Of a stretch of DNA of 31,079 nt, positions 1 through 7,781 are shown piece after piece. Position 1 is the first letter of the stretch; each line of letters starts with the position of its first letter. The notes under the pieces were generated by a model, which saw nothing but the letters and a program-made list of their open reading frames with translations, had not been told where the DNA came from and made no database searches. Both the position numbers and the translations under genes were made by a program. This DNA is from an uncultured Lentisphaeria bacterium. Lineage in GTDB: Bacteria; Verrucomicrobiota; Lentisphaeria; Victivallales; Victivallaceae. The stretch is taken from positions 1 through 31,079 of the forward strand of contig CASFXO010000097.1 in NCBI GenBank assembly GCA_949298665.1, written 5' to 3'.

Positions 1-2
1 CG

Positions 3-221
3 ATGGTTGAAAGAGTTATGCGGGAACTTGGCCGGAGAATCAAGAAAATTGCTTATGGATGGAGTGACAAGGGCGTAACGAAAGTTGCGAGAATCATATT
101 GAAACGGTTTGCTGACGCCGGAGCTTGGGAGGACTACTGGCTAAAACAGATGACGATTATCGGCAACGTCTTCATCGGCGTTGGAAATTACAAATGCGTT
201 TCACAAAATTTGAGACAATAA
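3..221 (+). CDS. Transposase C-terminal fragment (ISH6/IS256-like), 5' part outside the window
   Basis: ERVMRELGRRIKKIAYGWSDKG...ARIILKRF..W..YW resembles, from memory, the C-terminus of ISH6-type DDE transposases. The frame is open to the window edge. Confidence 0.6.
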   Translation: MVERVMRELGRRIKKIAYGWSDKGVTKVARIILKRFADAGAWEDYWLKQMTIIGNVFIGVGNYKCVSQNLRQ

Positions 222-222
222 C
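200..222 (-). repeat. Candidate right terminal inverted repeat of the IS
   Basis: Reverse complement GTTATTGTCTCAAATTTTGTGAA resembles IS256-family ends and contains the transposase stop codon. The left repeat is not in the window, so pairing cannot be confirmed. Confidence 0.4.
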
Positions 223-277
223 TAAAAATTAGAATGTTCTGTTGTATTTTCCCAAAATTAAGGAGTACTGGAAAATC

Positions 278-1039
278 ATGAAAGCGCAAAAGTCATTTAC
301 CCTGATCGAACTTCTGGTGGTGATTGCGATCATCGCGATTCTTGCCTCCATGCTGCTGCCCGCGTTGAACCGGGCCCGCGAAGCGGCGAAGACCATCAGC
401 TGCGTCAGCAACCTCAAGCAGATCGGCACCGCCGGTCAGATGTATGCCGCCGATTACGACGATATGATGTTCTTCGCCTCCTCCAACCCCAGTGGAACCT
501 CCGGGGTGAAATATCGTTGGTATGTACAGCAGGAATTTGCCAAGTCGCTCGGCGGCGGTCAGAGCCCGGTCAAGCGCGGCAGCGCTCTGGTTTGTCCCGC
601 CGTGCAGCGGGAAACGGTGTTGATCGGTTACGCCGTCAATACCATGTGCGGCTATTATCCGAAACCCGGCGGCAAGGGCGACATGTATACCGGCGTGAAA
701 CTCTCCAAGGTTCGGGCCGCTTCTTCGAAAATCCATATGATCGACAGCGCCGCTCCGTTCTTCTACTACTGGCATGTGGTCGGCAAAACCGAGGAAATGG
801 CGGGAGGCAGCTTTGCCTGGACCATCCACCCGTGGAAAGGTGCGGCATACGGCGATGATGCCGCCAATGCGCTTTTGAACATGTTTTTCGATGTTCCCGC
901 GCTGGCGGAATTACATACGGGCAAGATCAACGCCGTGTATCTGGACGGACATGCCGCGTCCCGGAACTACAAGGAATACCGCGACAAGTGGTATGAATGG
1001 CATCCGTCGGAACCGAACGTCCCGATGTCCATGCGCTGA
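278..1039 (+). CDS. Prepilin-type N-terminal cleavage/methylation domain protein with C-terminal H-X9-DG motif (DUF1559-like)
   Basis: N-terminus [30 protein letters not shown]...C.SNLKQIG. C-terminal [20 protein letters not shown] at 260-265 favours ATG 278 over the track start at 242. Confidence 0.9.
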   Translation: MKAQKSFTLIELLVVIAIIAILASMLLPALNRAREAAKTISCVSNLKQIGTAGQMYAADYDDMMFFASSNPSGTSGVKYRWYVQQEFAKSLGGGQSPVKRGSALVCPAVQRETVLIGYAVNTMCGYYPKPGGKGDMYTGVKLSKVRAASSKIHMIDSAAPFFYYWHVVGKTEEMAGGSFAWTIHPWKGAAYGDDAANALLNMFFDVPALAELHTGKINAVYLDGHAASRNYKEYRDKWYEWHPSEPNVPMSMR

Positions 1040-1114
1040 AGATCGAGTTGCATTGCGCCGGATCGTGGTGTATTTTCCCGGAGACGGTTTTGAAGACGAG
1101 AAAGGAATGGATTG

Positions 1115-1891
1115 ATGATAGTTCGTAAAATTCTGCTCGGTCTGGCGGGCGCCGCGGCGATTTCCGCCGGCGCGGAATGCCTGTACTCCGATTCATTCGA
1201 CCGCGACTCCGGCGACTGGTACGTGGAAGGGGGCCGTTCCGTGGCGATCCGGGACGGGCGGCTGTACATCGACGCCGATCCCGAGGAGTTCGTCAAGGGC
1301 GGACTCAACGGCGGCGTCTGCACCGTCTGGAACCGGACCCGGATCGACGGCGACGTCCGTGTCGATTTCGACGTGTGCGTCGAGCATTCGGTGACCGGGA
1401 CCAACAACATCAATTTCTTTTTGTTCTACTCCATGCCGGACGGCAGTTCGCCGGAGGCGTCCACGCAGACGCGGAAATATGCCGATTACGCGGATTATCA
1501 CCAGCTGAACGGCTATATTTTCACGTTTCTGAACGCCAGTGAGAACAAGAAGAACGCCCGGATCCGCATCCGGCGCTGTCCCGGTTTCCGGCTGTTGCGC
1601 GAAACCTACGCCGCCGAAAACCGGGCCGATACCGCGTATCACATCACGCTGATCCGGCAGACCGGCGTGCTGCGCTTTCTTCTGGACGGCAGGGAGCTGC
1701 TGTCGGTCAGGGACGAACAGCCGCTGGAGGGCGGCTGGTTCGGCTTCCGTACTTTCCGCACCAGATTGTGGTTCGACAATCTGAAGATCACCCGCCCGGA
1801 CACGGACGGGGCTGCGGTGGCGCCGTCCCGGAATGCCGGGGACGGCAAGGCGCAATCCGGCGCGCCGCAGGAGAAAAAAGCCGGCCAATAA
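1115..1891 (+). CDS. Secreted ConA/LamG-like beta-sandwich protein (DUF1961/DUF6250-like)
   Basis: Signal-peptide-like N-terminus (RKILLGLAGAAAISAGA). Beta-rich core ending GGWFGFRTFRTRLWFDNLKIT. SD AAAGGA at 1101-1106. Confidence 0.65.
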   Translation: MIVRKILLGLAGAAAISAGAECLYSDSFDRDSGDWYVEGGRSVAIRDGRLYIDADPEEFVKGGLNGGVCTVWNRTRIDGDVRVDFDVCVEHSVTGTNNINFFLFYSMPDGSSPEASTQTRKYADYADYHQLNGYIFTFLNASENKKNARIRIRRCPGFRLLRETYAAENRADTAYHITLIRQTGVLRFLLDGRELLSVRDEQPLEGGWFGFRTFRTRLWFDNLKITRPDTDGAAVAPSRNAGDGKAQSGAPQEKKAGQ

Positions 1892-1990
1892 CATTATGAC
1901 GGTCAGAAAAGACCGGCTGACAATCGGCGGAGTGTGGATGCTTTTCCGGCCGGTTCCGGGTTTTTTCGGCTGAAGAAGGGTTGTTTGACA

Positions 1991-3022
1991 GTGGGACGCA
2001 ATCCGATACCGACAACCAGACTGCTGGATTATATAGAGTCGCGCATTCTGGCGGGAGAATATTCTCCGGGCGAAGTCCTGCCTTCGGTGCGGCGGTTCGC
2101 CGCGAAATTCAAGTTGAGTTACGGGACTACTTATCGTGCTTTCGAGCGGCTGTGCGAAAACGGCGTGCTGGAGCAGAAGCCCAATCATGGTTTTTTCGTT
2201 CTCCGCAGTCCGCTGCGGCGCAATGACGGGGACCGGCGGATCGCGGTTTTCATGGAGTCGGCGGTCAACCCTTCGGCGGGGGGCATGATGTATCACGCGC
2301 TGCTCGGCGCCCGGGACGTTGCGGAGGCGGCCGGGTTTGAATTGTCGGTGGTGGCGCGTCATTGCGGCGCCGGTTCGACGGACTTTTTCCGGGAGGCCAG
2401 CCGTCAATGCGACGGGATGCTGCTGTTGAGCGCGTATGACTGGTATCTGGCGGATTTCGAATCCGCGTGTCCGGCGGTGGGGATTCTGATGCTCAATTCC
2501 TACGGCGGACGGTTATCGACGGTCAATGCGGATTTGTACGACACGGCGAAGAAGGCGGTGGATTACTTTTTATTCCGGGGGGTGAACCGGGTGGTGTTGC
2601 TTTCCAGTCCCAAGCCGATCTACCGGCAGCGGGGACGGCTGTTTTTTCAGGCCTGGAATGATCTGGGAGGTCGGGCGGAATTTGTGGACGTCATTTCTCC
2701 GGCCAATTACGATTTTCAGCCGGGCTGCGGCTACTTCTTCACGTCGGATGACTGGTTCAATTACGCCTCCTGTGCCTATTGCGAGCGGACCGGGCGGCGC
2801 CTGGAGGACGATTTCCCGGTGCTGGCCGCGGACGGAAAGCATCTGCTCAATCCGGATTATCCGGTGTTTCCGACCATTTCCTTTGACTGGCGCGAACTGG
2901 GGCGCCTGGCGATGGAGGAACTGTTGCGGCGCATAGCAAGCCCCGAGTCGTGCGCCCGGAATCTTTCGATCTGCGGTCGTCTGGAAAACGTGCCGCGCAA
3001 GGTCATGGTCAAGGTGAGCTGA
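1991..3022 (+). CDS. GntR-family regulator (winged HTH plus LacI-type ligand-binding domain)
   Basis: I.AGEY.PGE.LPSVR..A.KF.LS..T..RAF..L...G.L....HGFFV is a GntR winged HTH. The C-terminal half resembles a periplasmic-binding-protein fold (PTISFDWRELGRLAMEEL). GTG 1991 chosen as start. Confidence 0.88.
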   Translation: MGRNPIPTTRLLDYIESRILAGEYSPGEVLPSVRRFAAKFKLSYGTTYRAFERLCENGVLEQKPNHGFFVLRSPLRRNDGDRRIAVFMESAVNPSAGGMMYHALLGARDVAEAAGFELSVVARHCGAGSTDFFREASRQCDGMLLLSAYDWYLADFESACPAVGILMLNSYGGRLSTVNADLYDTAKKAVDYFLFRGVNRVVLLSSPKPIYRQRGRLFFQAWNDLGGRAEFVDVISPANYDFQPGCGYFFTSDDWFNYASCAYCERTGRRLEDDFPVLAADGKHLLNPDYPVFPTISFDWRELGRLAMEELLRRIASPESCARNLSICGRLENVPRKVMVKVS

Positions 3023-3053
3023 CTCCTTTTCCCTGCCGAAAGTATTCCTGCGG

Positions 3054-3083
3054 TTGGACTTTTCCTCTTTGGGGTGCTATATT
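3054..3083 (+). promoter_or_regulatory. Putative sigma70 promoter for the CBM48/glycogen cluster
   Basis: TTGGAC (3054-3059), 18 nt, TATATT (3078-3083), with a TG extended -10 motif at 3075-3076, in an AT-rich intergenic stretch. Confidence 0.5.
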
Positions 3084-3145
3084 ATTTTCTGAACATGACG
3101 GAGCGACCGAAACCGGTTTCTCAAATTGAAAAAAGGGGGACTGCC

Positions 3146-3469
3146 ATGGAAAAGAAGATAAAAAATCAAAATACCAGAGGGGCCTCCGGCACCATGCCGG
3201 TGCGCAGACGCGTGGAATTCATGATTGACGCCGGCGTGGGCAAACGGGTTTCCGTGGCCGGTTCCTTCAATGACTGGGATCCGGAAGCCAAGCCGCTGAC
3301 GGACCGCAAGGGGGACGGTGTGTATCGCGGCTGCCTGATGCTGCCTCCGGGTGAGTATGAGTATAAGTTCGTGGTGGACGGCGACTGGCGGATCGATGAA
3401 GCGAATCCCTGCTTTGCCTCCAACGACCTCGGGACGCTGAACAGCGTGCTGAAGGTGGAGGCGAAATGA
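3146..3469 (+). CDS. Stand-alone glycogen-binding CBM48 / AMPK-beta-like domain protein
   Basis: VSVAGSFNDW...L.PGEYEYKFVVDGDW..D..NP....D.G..NSVL.V. SD GGGGGA precedes ATG 3146. Confidence 0.9.
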   Translation: MEKKIKNQNTRGASGTMPVRRRVEFMIDAGVGKRVSVAGSFNDWDPEAKPLTDRKGDGVYRGCLMLPPGEYEYKFVVDGDWRIDEANPCFASNDLGTLNSVLKVEAK

Positions 3470-3561
3470 TCCGATCCCGGGGCATGACCGCCGTCGGCAC
3501 GGTGCCGGTCGGCAGCATCCGGAGTATCCGGCAAAAGGAAAACATTTGAAGATGCGGCAGG

Positions 3562-3600
3562 CGGCGCCATCGTCGGAAAATCGGCATGGCGCCGTTTTTT
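3562..3600 (+). terminator. Rho-independent terminator-like hairpin between the CBM48 gene and glgP
   Basis: Perfect 9-bp arms CGGCGCCAT (3562-3570) and ATGGCGCCG (3586-3594), extra inner pairing, then T6 (3595-3600). Confidence 0.7.
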
Positions 3601-3638
3601 GTATGACATAAGGCAGTTTGGAACTTCGAGAAACAACT

Positions 3639-6176
3639 ATGAGTGTAAAATTATTCAACGTGGCTCCGCGCATTCCCGCCGAGCTGAAATTTCTGGAACG
3701 GCTTTCCTACAACATGTGGTGGTGCTGGCATCCGCTTGCCATCGAGCTGTTTGTCCGGATCAATCCGAATCTGTGGCGGGAGGTGGAAGGCAACAGCCGG
3801 CGCGTTCTGATGCAGGTATCCCAGAACCGGCTGGAGGAACTGGCCCGGGATCCCGCTTATCTGCGGCAGCTGCGCACCGTGCAGTCGGAGTTCGAACGGG
3901 CCATGCCGGAAAAGGAAAATTTCGCGGATCGGCGGATCGCCTATTTTTCGATGGAGTTCGGCATTCACGAAAGCGTGCGGATCTTTTCCGGCGGGCTGGG
4001 CGTATTGTCCGGGGACCATCTGAAAGCGGCGTCGGACATGAAACTGCCGCTGGTCGCGGTCGGACTGCTGTACCGGCAGGGCTATTTCCGGCAGATGCTG
4101 GACCGCAACGGCTGGCAGATCGAACGCTATCCCGAAAATGAAATCCATAACATGCCTCTGGTTCGCGCCCGGGATGCTCAGGGCCGGAGCATCACCATCA
4201 GCATCAAACTGATCGATCGGGACCTCTTCGCCGCGGTCTGGATTCTCTGGGTGGGCAACATTCCCCTGGTGCTGCTGGATACGGAAATTCCCCAGAATCC
4301 GCCGGAGCTGCGCGAAGTCACCTGGCGGCTGTACGGCGGCGACCGCCGCATGCGGCTGCATCAGGAACTGCTGCTCGGCATCGGCGGTTACAAGGCGCTG
4401 GTCGCGCTCGGCTGCACCCCGGCGGTCTGCCATATGAACGAAGGCCATGCGGCATTCATGTCGCTGGCCCGGCTGGAAGAACTCGTGCAGAAGGGGCTGG
4501 ACCCGGAAACCGCGCTGGAAATCGTGTGGCGCACCAATGTTTTCACGACCCATACGCCGGTTCCGGCGGGCAACGAGGTATTCGACATCGCGCTGGTACG
4601 GCCTTATCTCGAAACCTACGCCCGGAGTGTCCAGATGGATGTGGACCGCATCATCCGCTGGGGCGTGCCGATCAGCGAACGCGACCACAGCACCGAAATG
4701 TCCATGACGGTACTCGGGCTGCGCATGGCCAATTACAGCAACGGCGTCAGCCGTCTGCACGGAGAAGTGGCCCGGGAAATGTGGAAGATGCTCTGGCCGC
4801 AGCGGTCCGTGGCGGAAATTCCGATCGGGCATATTACGAACGGGGTACATATCCCGTCCTGGATTTCGCCCCGGATCCGGGTGATCTTCGACCGGTATCT
4901 GAATGCCCGCTGGTTGCAGAATCCGGACCCGGCGCAGCTTTGCCAGGCGGTATTCAACATTCCCGACGAGGAATTGTGGATGGCGCATGAGCTGTGCCGT
5001 CAGTCGATGATCCGCAAAGCCCGGCATGTGGTGCAGCACAGTTCCGCCTTTGCCGCCGATATCGGGCAGGGCAGCATCAACGGCAAGACGCTGCTGGACC
5101 CCGACGTGCTGACCATCGGTTTTGCACGGCGGTTCGCCACCTACAAGCGCGGCACGCTGCTGCTGCGTTATCCCGACCGGCTGGTGGCGCTGCTGAAAAA
5201 CAAACAGCATCCGGTTCAGTTCGTCTTTTCCGGCAAGGCGCATCCGGCCGACGAAGGCGGCAAGCGTCTGATTCAGGAACTGGTCCAGTTCGCCCGGCAA
5301 CATGGGGTGCAGGATCGCCTGGTGTTTCTGGAGGATTACGACATCGCGCTGGCCCGTTCGCTGGTGCAGGGGGTGGACGTCTGGCTCAATACGCCGCGGC
5401 GCCCGCAGGAAGCCAGCGGAACTTCCGGGATGAAGGCGGCGATCAACGGCGTGATCAACTGCAGCATTCTCGACGGCTGGTGGGCCGAGGCCTATACGCC
5501 GGAATGCGGCTGGGCCATTCCCAACAATGAAAATTACACCGATACCGAGGATGTCGACAATTACGAAGCGCAGGCGCTTTTCTGTCTGCTGGAAAACGAA
5601 ATCATTCCCTGCTTCTACGAACGGGGCGGCGGCGATCTGCCGCAGCGCTGGATCCGGCGGATGAAGGAGTCGATCGTCATGGCGCTCGGACACTTTTCCA
5701 GCGCCCGGATGGTGCGGGAATATGAGGAAAAATATTACCGTCCGGCCCGCGACGACTATCAGCGGCTGCTGGCGGACGACGCTGCGGAGGCCAAGGCGCT
5801 GGTGGAGCGGAAATGGCGAATGGTGAATAATTTCGGAAAACTTTACGTGGAGCGTCCGGAAATTTCGATGGTGCTGGACGACATTCATGTGGGGGACCGG
5901 TTCCGGATTTCCGTCAAAGCCGGGCTGGGCGAACTCCGGCCGGAGGAAGTCGAGGTGGAAACCTATTACGGCCAGGTCAATATTCACAACGAAATCGTTC
6001 GGGGAAAGGCGGAGCCGATGCAGCTGGCGGAAGACCTTGGCAACGGCAATTACCGGTATGAGTGCGAGCTGGTCTGCAATACCGCCGGTCGTTTCGGCCT
6101 GACGGCCCGGATTACGCCGAGCGGCCATGAATGGGACAACAGTGTTCCCGGTTTCATGTGCTGGCCGAAGGATTGA
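3639..6176 (+). CDS. glgP: Alpha-glucan (glycogen) phosphorylase, GT35
   Basis: AYFSMEFG, GGLGVLSGDHLK, HMNEGH, FTTHTPVPAG, GFARRFATYKR, GKAHPAD and EASGTSGMKA (PLP lysine codon at 5433-5435). ATG 3639. Confidence 0.96.
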   Translation: MSVKLFNVAPRIPAELKFLERLSYNMWWCWHPLAIELFVRINPNLWREVEGNSRRVLMQVSQNRLEELARDPAYLRQLRTVQSEFERAMPEKENFADRRIAYFSMEFGIHESVRIFSGGLGVLSGDHLKAASDMKLPLVAVGLLYRQGYFRQMLDRNGWQIERYPENEIHNMPLVRARDAQGRSITISIKLIDRDLFAAVWILWVGNIPLVLLDTEIPQNPPELREVTWRLYGGDRRMRLHQELLLGIGGYKALVALGCTPAVCHMNEGHAAFMSLARLEELVQKGLDPETALEIVWRTNVFTTHTPVPAGNEVFDIALVRPYLETYARSVQMDVDRIIRWGVPISERDHSTEMSMTVLGLRMANYSNGVSRLHGEVAREMWKMLWPQRSVAEIPIGHITNGVHIPSWISPRIRVIFDRYLNARWLQNPDPAQLCQAVFNIPDEELWMAHELCRQSMIRKARHVVQHSSAFAADIGQGSINGKTLLDPDVLTIGFARRFATYKRGTLLLRYPDRLVALLKNKQHPVQFVFSGKAHPADEGGKRLIQELVQFARQHGVQDRLVFLEDYDIALARSLVQGVDVWLNTPRRPQEASGTSGMKAAINGVINCSILDGWWAEAYTPECGWAIPNNENYTDTEDVDNYEAQALFCLLENEIIPCFYERGGGDLPQRWIRRMKESIVMALGHFSSARMVREYEEKYYRPARDDYQRLLADDAAEAKALVERKWRMVNNFGKLYVERPEISMVLDDIHVGDRFRISVKAGLGELRPEEVEVETYYGQVNIHNEIVRGKAEPMQLAEDLGNGNYRYECELVCNTAGRFGLTARITPSGHEWDNSVPGFMCWPKD

Positions 6177-6201
6177 GGTGCAACCGCAGACGGGGGCGTG
6201 C

Positions 6202-6219
6202 CGCCGGTCATGACCGGCG
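6202..6219. repeat. Perfect 18-bp palindrome between glgP and glgA
   Basis: CGCCGGTCATGACCGGCG equals its own reverse complement. Confidence 0.85.
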
Positions 6220-6258
6220 CGGCGGCAGGTTCCCGGCGGCGCGGAAAGGAGATGTCGA

Positions 6259-7773
6259 ATGGGAAAGTCGTCCAGGAAAAAACCGCGCATTCTGATCGTC
6301 ACACCGGAGATTACCTACCTGCCGGAAGGCATGGGCAATATGGCCAATGCCCTGAAAGCCAAGGCGGGAGGGCTGGCCGACGTGTCGGCATCGCTGGTGG
6401 CGGCCCTCTTCCGTCAGGGGGCGGATGTGCACGTGGCGCTGCCGCATTACCGGCGCATGTTTCACGTGGACGTCGGGAAGTTGATCAGCAACGAGCTGCG
6501 GGTTTATCTCAGCCATCTGTCCACGGGACGGGTGCATCTGGCGGAGGATCGGATTTTCTATTACCGGGACTCGGTCTACGGCAGTTACGCCGACGACAGT
6601 TTTCTGTCGGCGATGGCATTTCAGCGGGAGGTGCTGAACAACATCATTCCGCATGTGCGCCCGGACCTGATTCACTGCAACGACTGGATGACGGGGCTGA
6701 TTCCGGCGATGGGGCGCCGGATGGGGATTCCCTGTCTGTTTACCGTGCACAATATCCATACGCAGAAAAGCACGCTGGACCGCATCGAAGACCGCGGGAT
6801 CGACGCGGCGGAGTTCTGGAATTATCTCTATTACGAGCGGATTCCCTATAATTATGAGGAAAGCCGGTCCACCAATCCGGTTGATTTTCTGACCAGCGGG
6901 ATCTTCGCGGCGCATTTCATCAACACGGTCAGTCCGACGTTTCTGCGGGAGATCGTGGAGGGACGGCACGATTTCATCCCGGACCAGATCCGTCGGGAGA
7001 TTGCGGCCAAGGCGCATGCCGGCTGCGCCTGCGGGATTCTCAATGCTCCGGATGAATCTCTGGATCCGGAAAAGGACCCCTACCTGAAGCATCGTTACAC
7101 GCCGGAAACCGTGCTGGAAGGCAAGGCGGCGAACAAGGCACTGCTGCAACAGCGCCTGGGGTTGGAGGAGCGTCCGGACGCGCCGATTTTCTTCTGGCCG
7201 TCGCGGCTGGATCCGCTGCAGAAGGGGTGCCAGCTGCTGGCGGAAATTCTCTTCGACGTGGTGAGCAAGTACTATTCCCGGCATCTGCAGATCGCCATTG
7301 TGGCGAACGGCAGTTATCAGTCGGTTTTTCAGCAGATCGCCGCGTTTCACGATCTGCGCGGCCGGGTTGTGGTGCGGGATTTCGACGAGGAGTTGTCGCA
7401 TCTGGGATTTGCGGGTTCGGACTTCGTACTGGTGCCGTCGCGGTTCGAACCGTGCGGGCTGCCGCAGATGAACGGGCAGTATTACGGGACGTTGCCGGTG
7501 GTGCACGATACCGGTGGGCTGCACGACACGGTGGAACCGTTGAACCTGGCGGCGGCGACCGGGAACGGATTCCGTTTCGAAACCTACGATTCCGGTGGGT
7601 TGTTCTGGGCGATGGATGAGGCGATGCGCTTCTACGACCTGCCGGAAGAGGCCAAACTGCCGGTTCTGCAGCGGGTGATGCGGCAGGCTCGGGAACGGTT
7701 CAACCACGACGTGACGGCGGAGGCCTATATCCGGATTTACGAATCGATGCTGGATCGTCCGTTGCTGCCGTGA
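6259..7773 (+). CDS. glgA: Glycogen synthase, GT5
   Basis: KAGGLADV (K-X-G-G donor-binding motif, 6361-6375), IHCNDW, FTVHNI, GILN, PSRFEPCGLPQM, TGGLHDTV. SD AAGGAG upstream. Confidence 0.93.
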   Translation: MGKSSRKKPRILIVTPEITYLPEGMGNMANALKAKAGGLADVSASLVAALFRQGADVHVALPHYRRMFHVDVGKLISNELRVYLSHLSTGRVHLAEDRIFYYRDSVYGSYADDSFLSAMAFQREVLNNIIPHVRPDLIHCNDWMTGLIPAMGRRMGIPCLFTVHNIHTQKSTLDRIEDRGIDAAEFWNYLYYERIPYNYEESRSTNPVDFLTSGIFAAHFINTVSPTFLREIVEGRHDFIPDQIRREIAAKAHAGCACGILNAPDESLDPEKDPYLKHRYTPETVLEGKAANKALLQQRLGLEERPDAPIFFWPSRLDPLQKGCQLLAEILFDVVSKYYSRHLQIAIVANGSYQSVFQQIAAFHDLRGRVVVRDFDEELSHLGFAGSDFVLVPSRFEPCGLPQMNGQYYGTLPVVHDTGGLHDTVEPLNLAAATGNGFRFETYDSGGLFWAMDEAMRFYDLPEEAKLPVLQRVMRQARERFNHDVTAEAYIRIYESMLDRPLLP

Positions 7774-7781
7774 GGGATGGC

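Larger units (their letters stand above)
1..222 (+). mobile_element. Right end of an IS256-superfamily (ISH6-like) insertion sequence, cut by the window edge
   Basis: Transposase-like C-terminus followed immediately by an IS256-type terminus. The region is visibly more AT-rich than the rest of the window. Confidence 0.6.

Noticed and set aside
200-240. Hybrid promoter from an IS-borne -35 (TTGAGA 210-215) and a flanking -10 (TAGAAT 230-235)
   Set aside because: The spacer is only 14 nt, too short for sigma70.
1900-1966. Possible terminator between the lectin-fold gene and the GntR gene (CCGG repeats plus T6 at 1961-1966)
   Set aside because: The stem is short and ambiguous and could not be fixed with confidence.
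3470-3600. Assignment to a named riboswitch class such as c-di-GMP
   Set aside because: No diagnostic consensus recognised; kept only as an unassigned structured region.
3651-6302. 883-aa antisense ORF over glgP
   Set aside because: Shadow frame of a well-supported gene in GC-rich DNA, with no recognisable motifs.
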